The notes under the pieces were generated by a model. The model ran no database searches, was not told where the DNA came from, and saw nothing but the letters and a program-made list of their open reading frames with translations. 64,000 nt of DNA. It comes from an uncultured Legionella sp. Lineage in GTDB: Bacteria > Pseudomonadota > Gammaproteobacteria > Legionellales > Legionellaceae. Both the position numbers and the translations under genes were made by a program. The stretch covers positions 26,637 through 90,636 of the forward strand of contig CAZNVR010000001.1 of assembly GCA_964576655.1 (NCBI GenBank), written 5' to 3'. Shown here piece after piece: positions 13,719-21,321 of the stretch (positions are counted from its first letter, which is position 1; each line of letters opens with the position of its first letter).

Positions 13719-13955
13719 TTACTTAGTTGAATTACCACTTAAAGATTTTATTAAATGAATGTGTTCCCATAACTTCTTATGATTCTTAATGGTATTATCT
13801 AAATCTTTCCCTTGTATTATACCACCCTTAACGTGTACTGGTAACATAATAGGATCTGCTGGATACGATGTTTTAACGATCTTCGGTATACTACCACAAC
13901 TTATAAGCACAAGAGTTAAAATTAAAATTATATATAGCTTAAGATATGTATTCAT
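13719..13955 (-). CDS. lipoprotein, possible o-spanin
   Basis: 78 aa, MNTYLKLYIILILTLVLISC-GS, with a lipobox (LISC) and a Pro-containing mature part. Confidence 0.45.
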   Translation of the reverse strand: MNTYLKLYIILILTLVLISCGSIPKIVKTSYPADPIMLPVHVKGGIIQGKDLDNTIKNHKKLWEHIHLIKSLSGNSTK

Positions 13956-14137
13956 TTAGTAACCTCATGTTCCTGAACGGGAGATAAAAATAAAGATTCG
14001 ATTGATTTTAATGTTTTCGCTTGGTCATCAATAATATCACACAGGTTCATAATCAAATGATAATGTGCAGAATCATCATTAATTAAATTCTGTCTTATTT
14101 TATCTGTAGTTGTCATAATAGTGTTCATTTTATACAT
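13952..14137 (-). CDS. hypothetical protein
   Basis: 61 aa. Overlap-coupled to both neighbours. Confidence 0.55.
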   Translation of the reverse strand: MYKMNTIMTTTDKIRQNLINDDSAHYHLIMNLCDIIDDQAKTLKSIESLFLSPVQEHEVTK

Positions 14138-14433
14138 TTCTTTTTAAAAGGATCATTTGATAATAAACAACTATCTCTCGTATCATCTAAAGGCCTACTT
14201 TGACGATCTTCATCAATTTTTTGACTCTCCTTATCAATTGCTTCTTGCGTCTTAAGATATTCAGCCCAACGACGTTCTAATTCTTTATTAACAGCCTTTT
14301 CCGCTGAACGTTGAGCAGAAACGTTTCCATTATGATAACCTACAAAATAGATACCAACAACGAGGCCAACAATAGCCAATGGCTTCCAATATGATTTAAT
14401 AAAGTTAAAAGCAACTAAAAGAAACACTGGCAT
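14125..14433 (-). CDS. type II membrane protein with coiled-coil, possible i-spanin
   Basis: The start is moved to ATG 14433 (SD AAAGGAGAATATA). The sequence MPVFLLVAFNFIKSYWKPLAIVGLVVGIYFVG is followed by a charged helical region. Confidence 0.4.
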   Translation of the reverse strand: MPVFLLVAFNFIKSYWKPLAIVGLVVGIYFVGYHNGNVSAQRSAEKAVNKELERRWAEYLKTQEAIDKESQKIDEDRQSRPLDDTRDSCLLSNDPFKKKCIK

Positions 14434-14446
14434 TATATTCTCCTTT

Positions 14447-14581
14447 TTACTCTTTAGATGGCTGTACTGGACACGTATGCCACTTCTTAGCGTGTGTATA
14501 ACATCGTTGTTCACTTGCCAAAATAAATGTTGAATTTAGTAATAAAATTAAACTTACAGTTATAAAGATAGTTTTGTTCAT
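14447..14581 (-). CDS. small secreted/membrane peptide (44 aa), below ORF-track cutoff
   Basis: MNKTIFITVSLILLLNSTFILASEQRCYTHAKKWHTCPVQPSKE*. The stop lies just before the SD of the next gene. Confidence 0.45.
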   Translation of the reverse strand: MNKTIFITVSLILLLNSTFILASEQRCYTHAKKWHTCPVQPSKE

Positions 14582-14587
14582 AAAATA

Positions 14588-14725
14588 TTATTTAATTAAA
14601 AATGCAATCATATTACCTAAAGCCCAAAAGAATGTTGCAACTGTATACCATCCTTTATCATTATACCAGCAAAGCCATACAGGGGCGAGTTGAATAAAGA
14701 TAAAAAATAGAGTTGACCATTTCAT
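14588..14725 (-). CDS. small membrane protein (45 aa), below ORF-track cutoff
   Basis: MKWSTLFFIFIQLAPVWLCWYNDKGWYTVATFFWALGNMIAFLIK*. Starts 3 nt after the upstream stop. Confidence 0.45.
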   Translation of the reverse strand: MKWSTLFFIFIQLAPVWLCWYNDKGWYTVATFFWALGNMIAFLIK

Positions 14726-14728
14726 AGA

Positions 14729-14911
14729 TTATTTATCCATATTATTATATGGTTTTATGCCTTCATATGTTTGAATCATTTGTCCACAATTGCAAAGTGT
14801 TCCTATTGGAATTATATTCGACGTATTATCGACGCCTAGAAGTATGAAACGATGACATTCAGCATCACATAGCCATGGATTGTAGAGAGTAGGTTGTTTA
14901 TAATCTTCCAT
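14729..14911 (-). CDS. mini Cys-protein, tandem paralog A
   Basis: 60 aa. CDAECHRFILLG..IPIGTLCNCGQMI parallels the neighbouring ORF. Confidence 0.6.
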   Translation of the reverse strand: MEDYKQPTLYNPWLCDAECHRFILLGVDNTSNIIPIGTLCNCGQMIQTYEGIKPYNNMDK

Positions 14912-14913
14912 AA

Positions 14914-15108
14914 CTAACTATACGTTTGATGTTCAATATTTGATATATGATTATCAGCATCTTTAATCATTGAGCCACAGACACAAATAGAACCTATTGT
15001 TACATCAGTTGTTGGATTAAGATAAGTCAATTTAAAATAATGATTTTCATTATCGCATTTAGGATAATTGCGTAGTTTTATACGTTGTGGAACAATCAAT
15101 GTCTCCAT
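14914..15108 (-). CDS. mini Cys-protein, tandem paralog B
   Basis: 64 aa with CDNENHYFKLTY..VTIGSICVCGSMI. Confidence 0.6.
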   Translation of the reverse strand: METLIVPQRIKLRNYPKCDNENHYFKLTYLNPTTDVTIGSICVCGSMIKDADNHISNIEHQTYS

Positions 15109-15112
15109 ATAC

Positions 15113-15457
15113 TCACCATTGTATTTGACTTGGTTTTAATACAGTTGATCTTTTCTTAGTTTGAATTACAGCTCGCTTTGATTTGCTTTTTGATGAACAC
15201 TTTTTCCCCTTGCAATTGATACAATTAGTTGTTTTTGCATTCGCCACAATATATTGATGAACCCATTCTTTCGCAACTTTAAAATATCGATCATGAATAA
15301 TACATAATATAGTCCACAAGCTATCTGGAATACCAATTTCTTGATGAACTTCAGCTTGATACTTTTCAGAATAACGCGATAAAAGTTCAATCATATGTAA
15401 AATCGAAACTAATTCTTTAACTGGTATCTCAATCATTTGTTGTTTTTTCTTACACAT
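15113..15457 (-). CDS. hypothetical protein with basic C-terminus
   Basis: 114 aa. CINCKGKKC is followed by a K/S-rich tail. Confidence 0.55.
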   Translation of the reverse strand: MCKKKQQMIEIPVKELVSILHMIELLSRYSEKYQAEVHQEIGIPDSLWTILCIIHDRYFKVAKEWVHQYIVANAKTTNCINCKGKKCSSKSKSKRAVIQTKKRSTVLKPSQIQW

Positions 15458-15708
15458 AAATTTTTATATTCCTTGTCATCATGAAGATTATAATCTAATT
15501 CCGTTAATTCAGGATCAATAAATATTTTTTCATCAACAACTTCAAGTCCTAAAAAACTATTGCACCCACTGCACTTATGATACAACATTGTTAATACACA
15601 GCTATATGGATTAAAAAGAGTTCCTTTGTCCGACGATGTGATCGTTGTATGATTGACAATCTTTAAATCACTACATCGATAACACCATTCAACATCGCCA
15701 ATCTTCAT
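15433..15708 (-). CDS. Cys-rich hypothetical protein
   Basis: 91 aa with WCYRC...CSGC. Confidence 0.55.
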   Translation of the reverse strand: MKIGDVEWCYRCSDLKIVNHTTITSSDKGTLFNPYSCVLTMLYHKCSGCNSFLGLEVVDEKIFIDPELTELDYNLHDDKEYKNLCVRKNNK

Positions 15709-15759
15709 AAGAAAATAAAGCTACTTACCCAACTTGGGGATGTTGAAGTAAGTAGCTTT
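15709..15759 (-). terminator. rho-independent terminator-like hairpin
   Basis: 12-bp perfect stem AAAGCTACTTAC/GTAAGTAGCTTT (15717-15728/15748-15759). On the minus strand it is followed by ATTTTCTT. Confidence 0.55.
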
Positions 15760-15807
15760 AGTGCTAGGAGGGAAAAGGTTGTTTTTATATCTTGCATGTA
15801 TATATTC

Positions 15808-16038
15808 TTAATTTCTTATATTTTGCTTATAATGTAGATCAATTCTTTGTATCTGCTGTTTATTCCGAATCTCACATAAGCTCTTTTGAACTTTAGCATA
15901 AAAATCATCAGATCGATCAACAAACATAAAACTTTTACGATTTGTTTTATGACGTATCTTTAATAATTCTTTATATAGAGTTGCATCATAAAATGCTAAC
16001 TCTGAAACATCTTTTCGTTTTAAATTTAGTGTTGGCAT
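15808..16038 (-). CDS. hypothetical protein
   Basis: 76 aa with SD GAGGGAA. Confidence 0.6.
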   Translation of the reverse strand: MPTLNLKRKDVSELAFYDATLYKELLKIRHKTNRKSFMFVDRSDDFYAKVQKSLCEIRNKQQIQRIDLHYKQNIRN

Positions 16039-16057
16039 TATCGTATTCCCTCATAAT

Positions 16058-16066
16058 ATTATACCG
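16058..16066 (-). promoter_or_regulatory. -10-like element CGGTATAAT upstream of ORF 15808-16038
   Basis: Minus strand reads AAAAATCGGTATAATATTATGAGGGAATACGATA-ATG. Confidence 0.4.
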
Positions 16067-16074
16067 ATTTTTCT

Positions 16075-16359
16075 TTATTCATCACCTTTTACTAGGGCAA
16101 TAAGTTCTCTGAGTTGTTCTTTAATAAGACATGTATCAATCTTTTGTCCCCATGTGTCAATCGTTGCAGCTAACTCACATGCGGCTAGTAATTCCGGCGC
16201 GTAGCAGATAAGTCGGGCATTGCCGATTGCGTACTTATGGGGCTTAATTGTAGCGATTGCATCATTGCCACTTACTATCGTCGTGAGATATTCAGTGTGT
16301 GTTGTAGACGTGGTTGGCGTGTGTATTACCCATTGGTCTTGTGCATGTTCGATTCTCAT
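16075..16359 (-). CDS. hypothetical protein with NARLICYAPELLAACE motif (paralog family)
   Basis: The start is moved to ATG 16359 (SD AAAGGAGACACA). It shares a motif with ORF 6398-6712. Confidence 0.6.
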   Translation of the reverse strand: MRIEHAQDQWVIHTPTTSTTHTEYLTTIVSGNDAIATIKPHKYAIGNARLICYAPELLAACELAATIDTWGQKIDTCLIKEQLRELIALVKGDE

Positions 16360-16369
16360 TGTGTCTCCT

Positions 16370-16858
16370 TTATAACGTTTCGATTTGACCTTTTTCATTG
16401 AAATAATACTCATTAGCTTCAAGCTCTTCAATGACCGCTTCATCAGTTGTGAGATAATGATATTCAGTTTTTAGCATTGTAACATACTCGTGTCGAAGAT
16501 CGTTTTCAAATTGAAGCGTAATAGCATCTTCTTGTGGAGTATCATCTTCATCTTGTGGCAATAGTTTATAGTTTTTGATGTATTCTTGAGCAAGGAGATA
16601 TGTACCGCGTGCTGTTCCATGGTTCTTAATGATCAATTCTGCAACTTCTAATGGGGTCTTCGTAAACTCAAGGTCAAGGTGTCTGCTCCAGATATCAAAG
16701 TTGTCAATTTCTAATCCAACATTATTTGCATCCTCATCAATGTGTTCGCACCAACCATCGTAGTCAACATTGATCGTACGATTCTGTGTCAATACGCGCG
16801 TTTGAACGTCTTTTGGTAATTCTTGAAATGTATATAAGTTGATTGTTTTTGTTATCAT
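16370..16858 (-). CDS. acidic hypothetical protein, first gene after cassette copy 2
   Basis: The start is moved to ATG 16858 (SD AAGGAGAAAAT). MITKTINLYTFQELPKDVQ.. is D/E-rich. Confidence 0.6.
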   Translation of the reverse strand: MITKTINLYTFQELPKDVQTRVLTQNRTINVDYDGWCEHIDEDANNVGLEIDNFDIWSRHLDLEFTKTPLEVAELIIKNHGTARGTYLLAQEYIKNYKLLPQDEDDTPQEDAITLQFENDLRHEYVTMLKTEYHYLTTDEAVIEELEANEYYFNEKGQIETL

Positions 16859-16883
16859 ATTTTCTCCTTGTTTTGTTTCGTTG

Positions 16884-16944
16884 TTCACCATACATTATAA
16901 TAGTACTATAACTTTGTTGCAATGTATACAAAATAATGGCATTA
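16884..16944 (-). promoter_or_regulatory. conserved promoter/regulatory cassette, copy 2
   Basis: Minus strand reads AATGCCATTATTTTGTATACATTGCAACAAAGTTATAGTACTATTATAATGTATGGTGAAC. Confidence 0.6.
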
Positions 16945-17178
16945 ATCAATTATTTTAATGACATCTTTTAAGGAACAAATCGTCCAGGGAGTAGGTTTTG
17001 TGAATCCTATGGGCATATCCTCAAGACACACCTTAACTGTTGATTCCATTGGTCTTTTCCATGAGCATTCTTTGCATCTAGAATAGATTTCTCCCCAATG
17101 GTTAGTTCCTTCATTCGAAACATGATTGCAATGTGTGCATTTATATGGTTTTATTGAGTATTTTCCTGTTGTATTCAT
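16942..17178 (-). CDS. zinc-ribbon protein
   Basis: 78 aa with YKCTHCNH..CKECSW and SD AAAGGAGACAAAT. Confidence 0.6.
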   Translation of the reverse strand: MNTTGKYSIKPYKCTHCNHVSNEGTNHWGEIYSRCKECSWKRPMESTVKVCLEDMPIGFTKPTPWTICSLKDVIKIID

Positions 17179-17189
17179 ATTTGTCTCCT

Positions 17190-17321
17190 TTACACCATTT
17201 GATGATGCATTAAGAATTCTAAGAACGTCTTTTCATGGGCGACAAGAAGCTTAAGGGCGAGGATCGCACCAAACTGCTTCCAAACTGCCAACCAATTCCG
17301 TTTTGTCACTGTTCCGCTCAT
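17190..17321 (-). other. GC-rich island C: either a 43-codon leaderless ORF or a small RNA
   Basis: About 49% G+C by hand count. The ORF reads MSGTVTKRNWLAVWKQFGAILALKLLVAHEKTFLEFLMHHQMV*, and its ATG sits 6 nt after the cassette's TACTAT. It also contains direct repeats (GCAGTTTGG x2, TCGCCC x2) and a GGUGCGA-UCC-UCGCCC hairpin. Confidence 0.35.
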
Positions 17322-17372
17322 AGATTAATAGTAACATAACATAGCAGCGATGTATATAAAATAATGGAATTA
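17322..17372 (-). promoter_or_regulatory. conserved promoter/regulatory cassette, copy 3 (diverged)
   Basis: Minus strand reads AATTCCATTATTTTATATACATCGCTGCTATGTTATGTTACTATTAATCT-ATG. Confidence 0.5.
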
Positions 17373-17440
17373 AAATATAATGATGCAACCTATTAATATG
17401 GTTGAAGATTTTGTGAGCAATTTATGACGAAATAATGCCG

Positions 17441-17472
17441 TTAATTCACTATATGGCAATATTAATTCACTA
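17441..17472. repeat. direct repeat TTAATTCACTA x2, spaced 21 nt start-to-start
   Basis: 17441-17451 and 17462-17472, in the ORF-free stretch upstream of cassette copy 3. Confidence 0.6.
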
Positions 17473-17547
17473 ATGAAATAGATAAGTATATGATATGATT
17501 CAACTTAATAGCTATGGTACAGCGTATTTCAATTTAGATGATCGAGT

Positions 17548-17871
17548 CTATCGTCTAACGTTAGATTCATTTTTCGCATTGATGTCTTTTTCATATATAT
17601 TATGGAAATATAGAGGAGGACTACCTTTAATCCTTTCATTCAGCATTGCATCAGCTATCTGATAAGATTGTTTACATAACGTTTTGTGGGTTATTGATGC
17701 TTCATCAAACATATCGCCTTTTCCACCCCATCTTAAAATCCCACTTTGCATAGCTTTAGCTGCAAAATAATCGCGGAGCGAAATATCAACACTAATGTTT
17801 GGAATATCATTTGCTATTACATCAGAAACAAACATTGGAAAAGCTGGTCCGCCATCTTTATTATTTTTCAT
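17548..17871 (-). CDS. hypothetical phage protein (GGPAFP / SLRDYFAAxAM motif family)
   Basis: 107 aa. DGGPAFP and ISLRDYFAAKAMQSGIL are motifs I recognise from widespread phage proteins of unknown function. Confidence 0.6.
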   Translation of the reverse strand: MKNNKDGGPAFPMFVSDVIANDIPNISVDISLRDYFAAKAMQSGILRWGGKGDMFDEASITHKTLCKQSYQIADAMLNERIKGSPPLYFHNIYEKDINAKNESNVRR

Positions 17872-17880
17872 GTATAGTTC

Positions 17881-18264
17881 CTATATATTTTGCAATGTAT
17901 TTTTAATATTATTCAAATCATTAGATATACGGTCTCCTATATAGTCTTTGACTATTCCAAAGAATCCTTTACCAAGCTCTTCGTTAATAGCGCGTGTTAC
18001 TTCATCTTTATGATCTGTCATCCATTCTTTAGCAGCTAAAGCAACCTGAGGCTTAAGTTCTTTTTGAATTAATTCAATAAATAACGAAGTCTTTGGTGAA
18101 TCATAATAACCATTAGTCTTTCGTTCTTTAAAGAATGATTCATGAACCGCTGCTTCTACGATTCTTTTTAGATCCTCATGAGTCATTAAATCACCCATTG
18201 ACTCTTGTATCTTGGTAAACATGCGTTGTTGAAATGTTTGTGTTGTATCAATTGTAGTGGTCAT
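17881..18264 (-). CDS. hypothetical protein
   Basis: 127 aa. No motif recognised. Confidence 0.6.
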   Translation of the reverse strand: MTTTIDTTQTFQQRMFTKIQESMGDLMTHEDLKRIVEAAVHESFFKERKTNGYYDSPKTSLFIELIQKELKPQVALAAKEWMTDHKDEVTRAINEELGKGFFGIVKDYIGDRISNDLNNIKNTLQNI

Positions 18265-18719
18265 ATTATTGGTCTCCTTAGTATGTTTTGAATTTTTTTA
18301 AAGTACTCGTATATTTTAAACCATATTGGATGACGACGTTTGATATGAATAACGACTTTATCTCCAATGATTTTATACCGTCCAGGATTTACTTCATATA
18401 CTGGAACTGTATTGCCAACGCCATCAACTACTAATGCATTAGTTGAAAAAGTACCTTTATAAGTATCACCAATGATTGGCATTTGACGATTGAAAATGGG
18501 GACATCGCAATCACATTCAAAGCTTTGACTACTGCTCTCACGTCCGCATTTTGTACAAGTATTTGTCATTTTTTCCAGTCTCCATGGTTGGGGTTCATTT
18601 GCCATATATGTTGGAAGATAGTGGCCATCTGAAGAACCCCGCGTATCATCATTGGATGCTATCTTTAGGCTATTATTCGCTATTGAAATATAACATTTTG
18701 CCATATCATATTGTTTCAT
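18261..18719 (-). CDS. hypothetical protein
   Basis: 152 aa with a CTKCG..CDC cluster. Confidence 0.6.
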   Translation of the reverse strand: MKQYDMAKCYISIANNSLKIASNDDTRGSSDGHYLPTYMANEPQPWRLEKMTNTCTKCGRESSSQSFECDCDVPIFNRQMPIIGDTYKGTFSTNALVVDGVGNTVPVYEVNPGRYKIIGDKVVIHIKRRHPIWFKIYEYFKKIQNILRRPII

Positions 18720-19132
18720 AATTTTAATTTTCTTGATTTAATTATTTTTAATGCATCTTTAGCTAATAATTCCAATTGTTGTAATTTCGATGCTGCGAAT
18801 TTTTCATCACCTGAAGGAGCTAAGTTCATTGGTTTAGCCAAAGCTTTATAGCCATCAATTGCAATATTTAACATTTTTAGTAAGGTTGGATAGGTATTAT
18901 GGGCATGCACAACGAAACGTGCATTGGCATTTTGTTCTTTTAATGTTTTATTCCATCCTCCATATTCAAAAGTACCAAGATATGCATCAGCAGGAATATA
19001 CCCACAATCTGTCCAAATATTGTGTTTTTTCTTTGTTGTTTTATCTTCATCATATTGTCGCTGCCACATGCCTTGAGTTGTTTGAGCCTCAATTGATGAA
19101 GATAGTTGTAAAAATGTTTTCATATAATTCAT
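18716..19132 (-). CDS. hypothetical protein (weak NANARFVVHAHNTYPTLL motif)
   Basis: 138 aa. Confidence 0.6.
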   Translation of the reverse strand: MNYMKTFLQLSSSIEAQTTQGMWQRQYDEDKTTKKKHNIWTDCGYIPADAYLGTFEYGGWNKTLKEQNANARFVVHAHNTYPTLLKMLNIAIDGYKALAKPMNLAPSGDEKFAASKLQQLELLAKDALKIIKSRKLKL

Positions 19133-19137
19133 ATAGA

Positions 19138-19326
19138 TTACTCCAATTCATCGCATTGTTTAAGGGCTTCGAAAGCAATATCGTAATGTGCAAGAAGTGT
19201 ACCGCATTCTCCACAAGCAGAGATTTGTTTGTCACGATCTTTGGACATATATGGATCATACTTGCCGACTTTAAACGTATACAATAGTACAGGTTCTTTG
19301 GGATTATCAACTAGAATTTGTAACAT
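19138..19326 (-). CDS. hypothetical protein
   Basis: 62 aa. Preferred over the overlapping ORF 19089-19310 because of its packing with neighbours and SD GGGGAA. Confidence 0.55.
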   Translation of the reverse strand: MLQILVDNPKEPVLLYTFKVGKYDPYMSKDRDKQISACGECGTLLAHYDIAFEALKQCDELE

Positions 19327-19349
19327 ATAATAGAATTCCCCATAAAATA

Positions 19350-19571
19350 TTAAATATTATTATTAGCTTTTAATTCGCACATTTCAACAAACTGTATTAA
19401 ATGAGGAATTAACATCTTCACTTGCTTCTTTGTCAAACACATGCGACTTGATTCATCACAACCAAGCCACATACACAAAGAAGAAGAAAATGTTTCAAGA
19501 GTACAATTGCTGTTATATTTATCTTTAAATTTAATTAATTTAAGGTCTTTATTCTTTTTTAATACTTTCAT
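19350..19571 (-). CDS. hypothetical protein
   Basis: 73 aa. Confidence 0.55.
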   Translation of the reverse strand: MKVLKKNKDLKLIKFKDKYNSNCTLETFSSSLCMWLGCDESSRMCLTKKQVKMLIPHLIQFVEMCELKANNNI

Positions 19572-19909
19572 TTTTTCACCTCACACCATAAATCCGCTTC
19601 AATTTCTTCAATCCTACTGTTGAATTTAACATTCTTCAACACTACTCGCATTGGCCATTGCATCTCGTTAGACTCTGGATTTATAGAGTCTCTAGGATCA
19701 TCTTTAAATAGCCCTACGATACCACCACGACAAACTGCTGGACTAACCAAAATCTTTTTTTCTTCTTTGATCTCTTCAAATATTTCAGGGTAGTGAACTG
19801 GATCGATAGATGGGATTTTTGCTTCTAGATATGGCACCAAAGAAGACACAGTCAATATTGTGTTCTTATAGAACCCTGGACAATCAATTTTTACTCTGTA
19901 TTTTTTCAT
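19568..19909 (-). CDS. hypothetical protein, paralog of ORF 967-1290
   Basis: The start is moved to ATG 19909 (ATGA overlap with the upstream stop). It begins MKKYRVKIDCPGF, identical to the paralog. Confidence 0.65.
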   Translation of the reverse strand: MKKYRVKIDCPGFYKNTILTVSSLVPYLEAKIPSIDPVHYPEIFEEIKEEKKILVSPAVCRGGIVGLFKDDPRDSINPESNEMQWPMRVVLKNVKFNSRIEEIEADLWCEVKK

Positions 19910-20142
19910 TTTATCCACTTTCTAAAAAAATGTTTAACTTTAAGAAACAATAATCTTAATTGACTTCCATGATCTGTTGACAATTCTACCGCTAAATCAT
20001 CAGCATATGAAGCATAAACAATATTCCCTCTTCGTATATAGCGAATAAGTGGCATATTAATAAATCGAGAATCAGTTCTTCCAACACGTAAGGCAGGGGA
20101 CCATAAATCTTTACAATAATCAATGTTATTTTTTCTTTTCAT
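19906..20142 (-). CDS. hypothetical protein
   Basis: 78 aa. Confidence 0.55.
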   Translation of the reverse strand: MKRKNNIDYCKDLWSPALRVGRTDSRFINMPLIRYIRRGNIVYASYADDLAVELSTDHGSQLRLLFLKVKHFFRKWIK

Positions 20143-20308
20143 TATCTTGTATTAGAGAATAAATTTTCAAATGTTGTTCTTCAATAATGCGTAATAGATG
20201 TTGCACCACAATATAAGTAGCATACGATGAAGTCGGCAATGTAAGTAGGTCATATCCTTGCTGAATATAGTGTTCTTTTAATTCTTCCGAATGTATGGTT
20301 GAAGACAT
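20126..20308 (-). CDS. hypothetical protein
   Basis: 60 aa. Confidence 0.5.
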   Translation of the reverse strand: MSSTIHSEELKEHYIQQGYDLLTLPTSSYATYIVVQHLLRIIEEQHLKIYSLIQDNEKKK

Positions 20309-20352
20309 CTTATTCTATTTCAAAAGGATAATTGCAGTCCTTAAGATCTCCA

Positions 20353-20502
20353 TTACAATTTGTATGTCGAATGGGATGATCCATCTTCTTTATATCCATC
20401 ATCGCCATATTTTAAACATTGATCTTTATTAACTTGATAATAACGACATCGCAAATGTAAATTCTCAATAATTAGATTAATTAAAAATTTTTCTTTTGTC
20501 AT
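20353..20502 (-). CDS. hypothetical protein (49 aa), below ORF-track cutoff
   Basis: MTKEKFLINLIIENLHLRCRYYQVNKDQCLKYGDDGYKEDGSSHSTYKL*. Starts 3 nt after the upstream stop. Confidence 0.4.
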   Translation of the reverse strand: MTKEKFLINLIIENLHLRCRYYQVNKDQCLKYGDDGYKEDGSSHSTYKL

Positions 20503-20505
20503 ATT

Positions 20506-21318
20506 TTATCCATTCCATTTTAAAAAGTATGTTGACGCATTATGTTTTGGAAACACATATAGTATCGTTTCTCTTACAATCTCTAAAGCTTGTCGATACC
20601 AATCACCTTTGCTTTTATCTTCGATCCGCTTCATAATAGCATATATACAAGGTTTTAATGAATATTGACTTTTACCTTTCATAAGTCCATAGCATTTATG
20701 CCCATTTCTATAAAATGTTCCACGATAATTTGCATAGTCATTGAATTGGTTCGTCTTATTCTCTTTCATGTCTTCGATGAATGCTGTTAACGCTTGTCGT
20801 CTATTAGTAGGTATATCATTCATATTATCTAATACATCAATTTCAATCGCTTGATATTGTCCTGAACTTGTCTTCATTATGTCATCATATTGGCGTAAAA
20901 GATAATCAATACGATCTAATGAAGCTATCCAATTTGGTGAATGATAATAAACATCTTTTTTATAATCAAAGATCCAATCAAGTGTAGAAAGTCCAAGTTC
21001 TTTTAAAACTGCATCTAGTCCATTACTATTATACGAACTTCTAAAATAACCTATTTTAAAACCATGATCAGGATAATGCAATGATGGAAGCTCAACTTTA
21101 TGCTTATCTAAACACGAACCAAATTCATCCAACCTTAAACTTTCAGCAATACGTATTGTTTTTATTCGACATTCTTTCTTAAACTCTTCTGGAATTAAAT
21201 CATAATCTACACCCTTATATGCAGACCAAACAAGATCAAATTGTTTTAAATATTCATCTTCACGTTGCAAAGTATCTTGCAAATTATCGCATTGATAAAG
21301 TTCAATATCAAGACCCAT
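20506..21318 (-). CDS. hypothetical protein
   Basis: 270 aa. No motif recognised. Confidence 0.7.
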   Translation of the reverse strand: MGLDIELYQCDNLQDTLQREDEYLKQFDLVWSAYKGVDYDLIPEEFKKECRIKTIRIAESLRLDEFGSCLDKHKVELPSLHYPDHGFKIGYFRSSYNSNGLDAVLKELGLSTLDWIFDYKKDVYYHSPNWIASLDRIDYLLRQYDDIMKTSSGQYQAIEIDVLDNMNDIPTNRRQALTAFIEDMKENKTNQFNDYANYRGTFYRNGHKCYGLMKGKSQYSLKPCIYAIMKRIEDKSKGDWYRQALEIVRETILYVFPKHNASTYFLKWNG

Positions 21319-21321
21319 AAT

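Noticed and set aside
19910-19920. TTATCCACT, an 8/9 match to a DnaA box.
   Set aside because: It is a single occurrence inside a coding overlap region, with no cluster or adjacent AT-rich unwinding element.
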